Virus record (IMG/VR): IMGVR_UViG_3300013121_000020
Coordinates: 1-64,000 of that record
Reading direction: 5' to 3' (one strand)
Origin: a virus
Lineage: Duplodnaviria > Caudoviricetes
Length of the DNA stretch: 64,000 nucleotides
Made by a program: the position numbers and the translations under genes. Below, one piece after another: positions 18,502 to 26,626 of this stretch. Numbering within the stretch: position 1 is the first letter of the stretch; every line of letters begins with the position of its first letter. The notes under the pieces are model-generated. The model was not told where the DNA came from and ran no database searches. It saw only the letters and a program-made list of their open reading frames with translations.

Positions 18502-19080
18502 TTACTTGTTGGTTGGTGTTCCAGCAGAAATTCCAAGGCTGGCGGCTTCGGATGCCACAACCTCAAACTCTAACATCCCAGAGATGGTTTTGACTCCTTC
18601 GCCCATATCAGCATCCGCAGTGACGTTGATTTGTGCGCTGCCGAGTTTTCCAGACGTAACGAACGTGGCGGACAGACCATCTGCCGCTACGTTTAATGTC
18701 CCCAAAGTCTGGTCTGATAGATCCCATGTTGGAGTCCCATCAACTGGTGCTGGGTTTCCAGCAGCAGTAACTGGCTTGATATCCAACACTACTTGTTGGA
18801 TGTCTGTTAATACTAGTCTCATGTTGCCTCCGTTTGCGTGAAGAGAAAACGTTGCCGTAGATTTTTGTGGAAGTTGCCTTGTTGAGATTGGCCCTATGTT
18901 AAATGTTAATTTGCGTTTTAGTTCTAATTTTGCATAATAAGTATAAACCCATAACCACCATCTATGTCGTTTATACCATATTTTATTAACTACATATCGT
19001 CTCTTTAAATAATGTCTAATTAATTCATTCAAAGAAGTAAAACTATCAGATTCAATTATTACAAAGTGTTGTTTTGTCAT
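18502..19080 (-). CDS. Ig-like domain protein (alternative start at 18822 with GGAGG RBS)
   Basis: Beta-rich GNPAPVDGTPTW.SD...GLSATFV..G.AQINVTAD. Confidence 0.55.
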   Translation of the reverse strand: MTKQHFVIIESDSFTSLNELIRHYLKRRYVVNKIWYKRHRWWLWVYTYYAKLELKRKLTFNIGPISTRQLPQKSTATFSLHANGGNMRLVLTDIQQVVLDIKPVTAAGNPAPVDGTPTWDLSDQTLGTLNVAADGLSATFVTSGKLGSAQINVTADADMGEGVKTISGMLEFEVVASEAASLGISAGTPTNK

Positions 19081-19124
19081 GTGAGTTACTCGTGTGTCTT
19101 TTAATGATTTTTATGTGAGAACAT

Positions 19125-21188
19125 ATGGAACGCGATATTAGTTGGGATACTGTAGTGAACGCTGCAATCCATAATTTGACAACTCGTGGTCTTGGACATG
19201 AATATCATGAAAGATTAAAGTTTGAGATTTCTGAAGTGGAAAAGCAAGGTGCTGAAACAATATGGATTAATAGATATCGCGATAATAAGAAATTTGTATC
19301 AAATCCAAATAATTTGGTATTGCCGTGGGTTCTTGGGATGGTAGATGACGACCCGCTTGCAGTTAGAAAGACGCCAATTTTAAATGTGGTGCGTGCTTCG
19401 AAAATTGCAGCATTTAAAAACGCTCATGGAGTAATTCCACACGATTTTATCAAAGATTCTGACAGTCCTGATATTGATATAGATTGTCTTCCAGCGGCTC
19501 GCGATCCGCTAAAACAATACGCCATAGCTCAATATGGTAGTGATTTTAATGATGGTTATGGGTCAGTATGCTCGGTTGGTACATGGCAGACGTATAAACT
19601 AAAACAAGCGTTAGTTGATGCAGCAATAGCTCTTGGATTTATTTCTGGCTATCGTGGGAAGGGTGGTAAAGGGAAAAAAGCATCAGACGATGAAATCCCA
19701 TCATATTCAACCAAATTAATGAATCGATATGAATTTGAACAGACATATAATGCAAAACTCCCAGACGATGTTGATGAGCTAAGAGATAATGGGAGGGCTG
19801 TGTGTAAAGGCAAGATTATTGTGAATGGAGAAGAAAAAGATTGTGGGAACATGCACGCTGGAATTGTGTGTGAGAAATGTGGATCAACTGAAACCGATGT
19901 ACCAACAATTGCTCAATTGATCAAGGAACATCCAATTCTGCAAGAATTACAATTGAAATTTCCAGCTGGTCAGCTTGCGAATGGTACAAACCATCCATCA
20001 TTAATAGACGCTGCGGTTGCTCTGATCGGCCGCGTTCGTAATATGGGAATGCACGCTGGAGCCATCATTATTACCGATAGGCCATTATATGGAAATGTGC
20101 CGTTAGCAAAGTCTGGAAGAACTGGTTATTGGATTAGTATGTGGACAGAAGGACGTAATACTCAACTATCTAAATTTGGATATATTAAATGGGATTGGTT
20201 GGGTCTCAAAACTCTTGAATATATCTTTAGATGTTGTAAGTTAATTGAAGAGAATCGGGGTATTTCGTTTGGTATAAATATGAGTGGGTGGGATGATATA
20301 AATCCATTAGAACGTCGTGCTGGTCACTACTTTGATGGTGAAGGGAACAAACATTTTATTAATTTAGATGACCCACACGCTATTAGACTTGCTAATGAAC
20401 AAAAAACAGACGGTGTGTTTCAATTTGATACGGAGCTAGCAAAATCAATTCTTGCAAATGGTGTGCGATGTTTTGAAGATTTATTGTTTTTTAATGCGAT
20501 GGGCCACCCTGGACCAATGCAATCAATTCCAGAAGCGGTTAAGAATCGCGATGACAAACATGAAACTTGGAAACGAAGATTGCATGATATTCATCCAATT
20601 CTTCTTGAAATTTTACAAAGCACTTACGGTGTTATTTGTTGGCAAGAGCAGCTGGCAGCTATTTGGCAACGTTTAGGAGGGTTCACGTCACCTGAAGCGC
20701 AAGAAGCTCGTAAAGCGGTGGCGAAAAAGTGGGTGCATAAATTAAAACCGATTGGTGATAAATGGATTGATGGTGCCACAAAAACAATTGGTAAAGCAAA
20801 TGCTGAAACGCTTTGGGAAAAGATGGTAACATTTGGTAGGTATGCATTTAACAAATGCCTAGATAAGGACACAGTTTTACGTGATTGTGTTACAGGTGAA
20901 GAATTATCGATTGAACAATGGTCTAAATTAGAACATAAACCAGTTATGCTGTCAGTTGTCGATGGTGTGACAGTTGAGGATGAATGCATAGCAATTCATG
21001 ATACTGGTTTGCAAGAAATATTTGAAATTACATTTGATAACGGTCAAACAGAGCGAGTCACAATTTTTCATAAGTTTTTGTGTTCTGATGGTCAATATCA
21101 CGAAGTGCGAGAAATTATTGATAAAGGATTGGATGTTGTCGAAGTTTTGCCTGTTGAAACAATAAAACGAGAGGGCGAAAGTGATTAG
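19125..21188 (+). CDS. dnaE: DNA polymerase III alpha, fragment 2: catalytic palm/thumb/fingers, ending in a split-intein N-half
   Basis: SPDIDIDC, GMHAGAIII, KWDWLGLKTL, GVFQFDT, HPGPMQ, TYGVICWQEQL, FGRYAFNK|CLDKDT. Confidence 0.92.
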   Translation: MERDISWDTVVNAAIHNLTTRGLGHEYHERLKFEISEVEKQGAETIWINRYRDNKKFVSNPNNLVLPWVLGMVDDDPLAVRKTPILNVVRASKIAAFKNAHGVIPHDFIKDSDSPDIDIDCLPAARDPLKQYAIAQYGSDFNDGYGSVCSVGTWQTYKLKQALVDAAIALGFISGYRGKGGKGKKASDDEIPSYSTKLMNRYEFEQTYNAKLPDDVDELRDNGRAVCKGKIIVNGEEKDCGNMHAGIVCEKCGSTETDVPTIAQLIKEHPILQELQLKFPAGQLANGTNHPSLIDAAVALIGRVRNMGMHAGAIIITDRPLYGNVPLAKSGRTGYWISMWTEGRNTQLSKFGYIKWDWLGLKTLEYIFRCCKLIEENRGISFGINMSGWDDINPLERRAGHYFDGEGNKHFINLDDPHAIRLANEQKTDGVFQFDTELAKSILANGVRCFEDLLFFNAMGHPGPMQSIPEAVKNRDDKHETWKRRLHDIHPILLEILQSTYGVICWQEQLAAIWQRLGGFTSPEAQEARKAVAKKWVHKLKPIGDKWIDGATKTIGKANAETLWEKMVTFGRYAFNKCLDKDTVLRDCVTGEELSIEQWSKLEHKPVMLSVVDGVTVEDECIAIHDTGLQEIFEITFDNGQTERVTIFHKFLCSDGQYHEVREIIDKGLDVVEVLPVETIKREGESD
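20856..21185 (+). other. Split intein, N-terminal half (IntN, 110 aa)
   Basis: Begins with Cys1 (CLDKDT); HDTGLQEIFEITFDNG; block B RVTIFHKFL (TxxH); acidic C-terminal part; no endonuclease domain; resembles the cyanobacterial DnaE IntN layout. Confidence 0.9.
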
Positions 21189-21432
21189 TGAACAAGACCT
21201 TGAACGGCTGAAAGAACATTTGGTTGGGACTGGCCGCACACTTAATCAGGCATTGGAGTGTTTAGAAATTGAGTGCGATTTAAGCGATATCGAAGATCAG
21301 TTGCTTGATGTGTCGCTAGAATTGTGTCCAGCGTGCGGCTGGTGGGTTGAGTCTAGTGAGATGGAAGAACAAGATGTAGATGTTTACGTCTGTTCTGAGT
21401 GTTTTGATGGAGATGATGAAGACGATGAGTGA
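21181..21432 (+). CDS. Small acidic zinc-ribbon protein
   Basis: CPACGWW...CSEC; D/E-rich. Confidence 0.6.
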   Translation: MISEQDLERLKEHLVGTGRTLNQALECLEIECDLSDIEDQLLDVSLELCPACGWWVESSEMEEQDVDVYVCSECFDGDDEDDE

Positions 21433-21688
21433 GAAAAGAACTGTCACTATTTAAAAGTTGCTAAAATAATGCAATCAATTGATCTATGTGGTGGGTTTCT
21501 TGATCGTGAACAAACAATTCCATGTCCGCGCACAGAATGGAGTAAGATTGGCGAGACACACAAGCAGTATATTGGTGAAATGATTATTGAATCGTGGTAT
21601 TATTGGAGATGTAAAACGTGTGGGAAAATTAAAGGCACTAAATTTAGTGAGCGAGAACGATGAGTGATAAAAGAACTGTCACGATCTA
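21422..21688 (+). repeat. 32-bp direct repeat (21422-21453 and 21657-21688, 3 mismatches) flanking ORF 21469-21663
   Basis: acgatgagtgaKaaaagaactgtcacKatYta. Confidence 0.8.
21469..21663 (+). CDS. Small hypothetical protein (Cys motif)
   Basis: 64-aa ORF, WRCKTCG. Confidence 0.5.
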   Translation: MQSIDLCGGFLDREQTIPCPRTEWSKIGETHKQYIGEMIIESWYYWRCKTCGKIKGTKFSERER

Positions 21689-22115
21689 CGGTCGAAGCAA
21701 TGGTTTTGTTTGTGTTGATGGTGATGTTGTTGGGTGTGACGAATACGAAGCATTTGACAAGATAAAGTTCATTGAATTTCCAAACGGGCTGGCGTTTAAA
21801 GTTGAACGACCTTACGGTACATGGAGAGTTGTTCAAGTGCAGATTGGCGGCAGCACATATGATGGCACCATTATTACAAAGGCAATTGATGATTGTTCGG
21901 AGAGAATCACTGTTGAAGGCGAGTTTGATTATATCAATGTGTGGGACAATCTTCCACCAACCGACCATGAGATGCGGTTAATAATAGGTCATGATTTTGC
22001 TGATTGGGGTGCGTTTAATCGTAATCATCAACTGAATCGCGATGATCTATATACAATTATTAGAATTATTCGGGAGACGAAGTTAAGGCAAAAAGGTCAA
22101 CGTGTCGAGAGTTAA
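21660..22115 (+). CDS. Hypothetical protein
   Basis: ATGA overlap; 151 aa. Confidence 0.55.
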   Translation: MSDKRTVTIYGRSNGFVCVDGDVVGCDEYEAFDKIKFIEFPNGLAFKVERPYGTWRVVQVQIGGSTYDGTIITKAIDDCSERITVEGEFDYINVWDNLPPTDHEMRLIIGHDFADWGAFNRNHQLNRDDLYTIIRIIRETKLRQKGQRVES

Positions 22116-22118
22116 ACG

Positions 22119-22343
22119 ATGCAAGGTATGAAAGCATATTTACTGTCCGTTCATATTCAATATCAGGATAGTAAAGAGAATTTTGAGCGTTTTTACTATA
22201 CGCTTTTTGAAGCTGTTAAGGACGCATCAAAATATCTTGCAGATTTAAGTATGATAGTTCGTGTTGTATTATATGAAATCGAGATTGGTAAGTGCATTTC
22301 CACCATGTATTCAGGAGATTCGGTTGAAATCGTTGGAGAATAA
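22119..22343 (+). CDS. Hypothetical protein
   Basis: Packed small ORF. Confidence 0.45.
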   Translation: MQGMKAYLLSVHIQYQDSKENFERFYYTLFEAVKDASKYLADLSMIVRVVLYEIEIGKCISTMYSGDSVEIVGE

Positions 22344-22577
22344 GTGATGGCTCGTATGAAGTGGAAGCGAAATAGTAAGAATAATGATCAACATAGCGAA
22401 TGTGGCCGTTTTATTATTCGTGCTTTTTGTGTGAACCCCAAATGGTGGGGTTATTGGGGGCTTACTGTGGTTCAAACAGGTCAAGAATTTCCGTGCAGGA
22501 CTGAGAAGTCCGCCAAAGTTGCTGCAAAAAATATATCTGCGACGATGGCGACTTCGCCGCTGGAGCAAACGCTGTGA
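22344..22577 (+). CDS. Hypothetical protein
   Basis: GGAG RBS, packed small ORF. Confidence 0.45.
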   Translation: MMARMKWKRNSKNNDQHSECGRFIIRAFCVNPKWWGYWGLTVVQTGQEFPCRTEKSAKVAAKNISATMATSPLEQTL

Positions 22578-23332
22578 CAGATGATATTATAGCCGGGCTT
22601 CGCACTACTATCAACAACGACGCTGAATATCTTAGACCAGTAATTGATCGCATGATTGAATTGGCTGATACGTTTAGCGATGCTGAACGGAATATGGTAT
22701 TACGTCAATCTGAGATGTTGCGATGGATGATGTTGAATGTCGAACGAGTAGACTCGGCTAGCGCACTGCGGATGTGGTGTGAATTTCCTAATCATGATGC
22801 GATGCGATTGGTGAGTTCGCCAAGCCCGCTCCGCACTGACGATATTTATAAGTTGATTGATGAGTTGTTTCCAGATACTGAAGTTGGATGGCGGTCTGGT
22901 GGTTATGTTATTCCTGTAACTTTTGTGGCGTGGGTTGGAGGGAACTGTACTAATTGTTCTGGTAGAGGATTGGTTGAAGATATCGATTCCTATCGATCTA
23001 CATGTCGCTGTTCTGAATGTGACGGCTCTGGTTGGATCAATGCTATAGGTCCACGTGCGGTACTTACTGCACCAATCAGGCGATTAATGTTGAAAGATGT
23101 TGGTTCCTTGGTGCGACATGATGGTTTGTACGAGCCATTTTTACCACGAGGTTTTCGCACCAAGGCCCCATGTGGAATCGATGAGGCAATAAGGGTTCGC
23201 GGTGAATTTTTGGCATATCAGACTGCCGAAGCCGCTCGCACAGCCGTGGAGACCGCAACGTTAAATTGGGCGAGATTTAAGGTTGGAATGCAACATGATA
23301 TTGAAGGCCGACCCGCGTGTGGAGGGAAGTGA
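22574..23332 (+). CDS. Hypothetical protein with DnaJ-like CxxCxGxG pair; possibly divergent TIGR02996-like N-terminus
   Basis: CTNCSGRG...CSECDGSG. Confidence 0.55.
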   Translation: MTDDIIAGLRTTINNDAEYLRPVIDRMIELADTFSDAERNMVLRQSEMLRWMMLNVERVDSASALRMWCEFPNHDAMRLVSSPSPLRTDDIYKLIDELFPDTEVGWRSGGYVIPVTFVAWVGGNCTNCSGRGLVEDIDSYRSTCRCSECDGSGWINAIGPRAVLTAPIRRLMLKDVGSLVRHDGLYEPFLPRGFRTKAPCGIDEAIRVRGEFLAYQTAEAARTAVETATLNWARFKVGMQHDIEGRPACGGK

Positions 23333-23333
23333 G

Positions 23334-23579
23334 ATGGCCGAACCGTTATATAGTGTTGGAACGTGGGACGCAGAACTGCAAGAGTACACGGAGCAGATTG
23401 GGCTAACTGTTCCAAGCCAGAACGTTCCGCTTGGCGGCGTGCTGGCTGTATTGAGGCAACTCCGAGCAATAGGCTACTCATGTCATTATCGCCGGGATGC
23501 GAGCGGATCGCACAACGACAATGATTATGCGGTTCTTGTAGAGCGAACCGATGGCAAGCCACTCGATGGGAAGCGTTGA
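23334..23579 (+). CDS. Hypothetical protein
   Basis: GGAGG RBS before ATG 23334. Confidence 0.55.
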   Translation: MAEPLYSVGTWDAELQEYTEQIGLTVPSQNVPLGGVLAVLRQLRAIGYSCHYRRDASGSHNDNDYAVLVERTDGKPLDGKR

Positions 23580-23875
23580 TGTCTGATTTCTATCAATCGC
23601 ACCTTGATGAGTTCGCCGATGATGCAGCGGCGCGGTTGTTGTTTGGTGAGTACCTTGCCGAACGCGGTGACTCGGATGCGGCTGGATATTTATGGATGGC
23701 GAAGCGGGCGAAGCGGCCTCTTTATAATATGTGGTTTTTCGACGACGACTCGATCCCATCGGCAGTCGGTTTGAGTATGCGTGATGCTTTTGATGGGCAG
23801 TCTGAGGCGATGTACCCCACCTGCCGTGCCGCAGAACTCGCGTTGTGTCGGGCGGTGAGCGGGACGCAGGAATGA
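23576..23875 (+). CDS. TIGR02996 (repeat-companion) domain-like protein
   Basis: FYQSHLDEFADDAAARLLFGEYLAERGD resembles the P.DD..RL.YADWL.E.GD pattern. Confidence 0.6.
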   Translation: MMSDFYQSHLDEFADDAAARLLFGEYLAERGDSDAAGYLWMAKRAKRPLYNMWFFDDDSIPSAVGLSMRDAFDGQSEAMYPTCRAAELALCRAVSGTQE

Positions 23876-23922
23876 AGCGGTAAAATGAGTGAAATGAGAC
23901 AACCTTTAGCAGTGAGATTTAG

Positions 23923-24483
23923 ATGCATGATCCTATGACTGTGGTGTTCACTATTCCGAACCCGTTTGCCAGTCGTTATACTTGGGCCAAAACGTGGTGG
24001 AAGCGACCATCACTTATTACAATTTGGCACGTTGACCCGGAGCGTGATGGCAATGACGACTCATGTGGTCGTGATTACCAGTTCAAGAAACTGACACCGC
24101 AAGAGAAAGCTATCGCTGACGCGATATGGGACGGCGAAACGATCTTCGATAACCGCCCACACTACCCTAATTCGCCTGAACACAGGTGGTTCAAGACACT
24201 CAAGCGGGCGTGGCTTGAACATCGCCAACAACACACATTTTGGCGTGTGGCTCCGCGATGGCATATATGGCATTGGCGTATACAGATTCACCCGCTTGAG
24301 TCGCTGCGTCGGCGGTTATTGACGCGGTGTGAGTCGTGTGGCAAGCGGCTTGGTACATCGCCAGCAATTGCCGTTGGTTGGGATTCGCCGCCACGTCGAT
24401 GGTTTGAATTGTTTCGTGGACAGCGCGGGCTGATGCACGAAGAATGTGCGAGAGAGCAAACACAAGCCGGTAAACAAACCTGA
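23923..24483 (+). CDS. Trp-rich hypothetical protein
   Basis: ITIWHVDPERDG.DDSCG; PRWHIWHWRIQIHP; CESCG. Confidence 0.6.
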   Translation: MHDPMTVVFTIPNPFASRYTWAKTWWKRPSLITIWHVDPERDGNDDSCGRDYQFKKLTPQEKAIADAIWDGETIFDNRPHYPNSPEHRWFKTLKRAWLEHRQQHTFWRVAPRWHIWHWRIQIHPLESLRRRLLTRCESCGKRLGTSPAIAVGWDSPPRRWFELFRGQRGLMHEECAREQTQAGKQT

Positions 24484-24499
24484 TAAAAGGAGAATTTTG

Positions 24500-24781
24500 A
24501 TGTTGTATTTGAAAGCTGGAAATCTGCATTTGGTGATTTTGGAAACACCAAACCTAGACTCTATCAAAGCCGGTCGGCCAGCAAAGACACCCGATGGAGA
24601 AGTCTTGATTGCATGGACTCCTGATCCTGTATGGCTTGCAGATAAGATTATCGATACTGGTGGTGACGTAATGAAAATCGCCAAATTGATAGACGAGGCG
24701 GCAAAGCGACCACAAAAGCCGGTGGATAGGCCAAAGCACCCAGAGCATACGGTGCGTTTTGAAGAGGAAAAAGATGCTTAA
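24500..24781 (+). CDS. Hypothetical protein
   Basis: AAGGAG RBS before ATG 24500. Confidence 0.55.
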   Translation: MLYLKAGNLHLVILETPNLDSIKAGRPAKTPDGEVLIAWTPDPVWLADKIIDTGGDVMKIAKLIDEAAKRPQKPVDRPKHPEHTVRFEEEKDA

Positions 24782-24845
24782 GCGACTACGCAATAATTTG
24801 TTGTATTTTTAATGCTGACCACTATCGCACGTTGTGAGTTAATGA

Positions 24846-24956
24846 ATGAAAATTATAGCTTGTCGTTCGCTTGGTGTTCGTCAAACTTATTCTCCAGAGA
24901 TGAAATCAAGCCAGCACAATTATATAACTGCACAATCGTCAGCTGTTCATCGTAAT
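24846..24956 (+). other. Split intein, C-terminal half (IntC, 37 aa)
   Basis: MKIIACRSLGVRQTYSPEMKSSQHNYITAQSSAVHRN; terminal Asn followed by Ser+1; basic. Confidence 0.88.
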
Positions 24957-26060
24957 TCACATGGTGTTAGTTATTGTCTTGTTGCTCATCGCTGTTTGTG
25001 GTTAAAAGCTCATTTTGCTCCAGAATGGTGGGCGTCTGTGATGAGCGATTGCCATCCGGACAAACTTGTTAGATATATGGGTGTAGCACGTTCTGAGGAG
25101 TGGATTCCAACTGATATTACATATTCTGGAAAGCGTGTAGATGATAAAACAACTGGTGTGAAATTTGGCCCAACTAATATTGAAAACTTAACTGTCGATT
25201 TTACAGTTACTGGTAATGTGGTTAATCAAGGATTGATTGGTATAAAGGGGATTGGTGATAAAGCTGCTGCTATATTCCAAGGAAAGGGTAAGTATCGTAA
25301 TATAGATGAATTTGTTCAATCAGCTGAAGGGAGGCAATCAAAGACGGTAATTGAACGGTTTATTAAACTTGGGGCGTTTCGCCATATTCATCCAAATTCT
25401 AAAGCGTTATGGGAGTGGTATCAGTATAAGTATTGTAAGTCTGGACAAAAAATGACGAAATTGAGAAATGATATTCGTAGTAAGTTATTAGAACGTGAAG
25501 AATGGACACCACAGAAAATTAAGGATGAAATTGCACGAAAAATTGCTGCATATAAGGATAAATTTCCAAAACGAAATAAAATCCCATCATCGATAACGAA
25601 TTGGAAACCAAAGCCAGAAGATAGTCGAGAACGTGTAATGGCTTTGTATGAAGATGATTTTACGATTGAAGAAAAATTAGAGTTTCAAAAACAATTTTTA
25701 GGTTATTGGATAGATTCACCACTTGATGTATATCAATGTTCTGGGCGATGTACTATTGCAAACGCAAAAGACACTGCCAAGCATGGTAATGGTGATGTTG
25801 TTATTGAGGGTATTATTGTTGATGTTGAAGAGGGAATGACAAAAAACAATAAACCATATTTGAAAATATTTATAACAGATGGTATTCAGAGAGCATTGAT
25901 ATTTGTTTGGTCTAATGAGTTAAGATTTCAAGATTTCTCTGTTATTCAACCCGGTGTTGGTGTGTCGATGGTTGTTGATTATGATGATAAACGCGGTACA
26001 TTTAGTTTAGGTCGTAATGAATCGGTTCAAAAACTTATGTTGCGTTCGGAGATGTCATAA
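24846..26060 (+). CDS. dnaE: DNA polymerase III alpha, fragment 3: split-intein C-half, then fingers end, HhH and OB-fold
   Basis: AVHRN|SHGVSYCLVAHRCLWLKAHFAPEWWASVM; GLIGIKGIGDKAA; QKQFLGYWI; OB-fold EGIIVDV..TKNNKPYLKIFITDG. Confidence 0.9.
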   Translation: MKIIACRSLGVRQTYSPEMKSSQHNYITAQSSAVHRNSHGVSYCLVAHRCLWLKAHFAPEWWASVMSDCHPDKLVRYMGVARSEEWIPTDITYSGKRVDDKTTGVKFGPTNIENLTVDFTVTGNVVNQGLIGIKGIGDKAAAIFQGKGKYRNIDEFVQSAEGRQSKTVIERFIKLGAFRHIHPNSKALWEWYQYKYCKSGQKMTKLRNDIRSKLLEREEWTPQKIKDEIARKIAAYKDKFPKRNKIPSSITNWKPKPEDSRERVMALYEDDFTIEEKLEFQKQFLGYWIDSPLDVYQCSGRCTIANAKDTAKHGNGDVVIEGIIVDVEEGMTKNNKPYLKIFITDGIQRALIFVWSNELRFQDFSVIQPGVGVSMVVDYDDKRGTFSLGRNESVQKLMLRSEMS

Positions 26061-26617
26061 TGCAATTAAAAGAACGCGATGGAATTGCGTGCGATCAATG
26101 TGGAACTTCTTATCGTCATGATTTTGTATATTATTCATTTGACTTTCGCCAAGTCGATGTTATTGGAAATCGCAAACCATCTCTTGATTCAATATTCCAT
26201 CAGCCAATAATAGCGTCAATTGATGTGTGTTCGACATGTTTTAATAAAATTTCTAATGATGTTATAGATAATTATAATAAAATTTTGTCGCCGATACGAC
26301 GTACTAGAGTTGAAACAACGTGTGAATTGTCTGGGTTAGTTATGGCTGGTAATTATGCATATTACCATATAAATGTTACCGAAGTTGTTGTGCGTGTTTC
26401 TGACCAATTTTATATGTGTATTAAATGTAAGAATAAGATAGTTGATGTTAAAAAACAATGCTCGAAATGTGATGGTATAGAATTTAGTCGACCAATGAGT
26501 ACAAAGATGACAGATCGATTTGTTGAGATAAATGTTTGTGTAGATGTATATAAAAAGATGCTAGAGACTGCCACCAGAGCGAAGCAGATAGCTAACACAT
26601 GGTCAACAAAATCATAA
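26060..26617 (+). CDS. Cys-rich (zinc-binding) hypothetical protein
   Basis: CDQC, CSTC, CIKC..CSKC. Confidence 0.65.
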   Translation: MQLKERDGIACDQCGTSYRHDFVYYSFDFRQVDVIGNRKPSLDSIFHQPIIASIDVCSTCFNKISNDVIDNYNKILSPIRRTRVETTCELSGLVMAGNYAYYHINVTEVVVRVSDQFYMCIKCKNKIVDVKKQCSKCDGIEFSRPMSTKMTDRFVEINVCVDVYKKMLETATRAKQIANTWSTKS

Positions 26618-26626
26618 GGTAAACAA

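Noticed and set aside
9103-19125. Group I/II intron joining dnaE fragments 1 and 2
   Set aside because: The 10-kb interval is filled with ordinary genes on both strands, has no intron-like structured sequence at the boundaries, and the fragments overlap in homology rather than abut
19093-24814. Shared TGT..TTTTAATG motif upstream of dnaE fragments 2 and 3
   Set aside because: Spacing is inconsistent and the motif is too AT-rich to distinguish from background by eye
19125-26060. dnaE pieces as pseudogene fragments
   Set aside because: Each ORF is long with catalytic motifs intact, and the break coincides exactly with complementary intein halves
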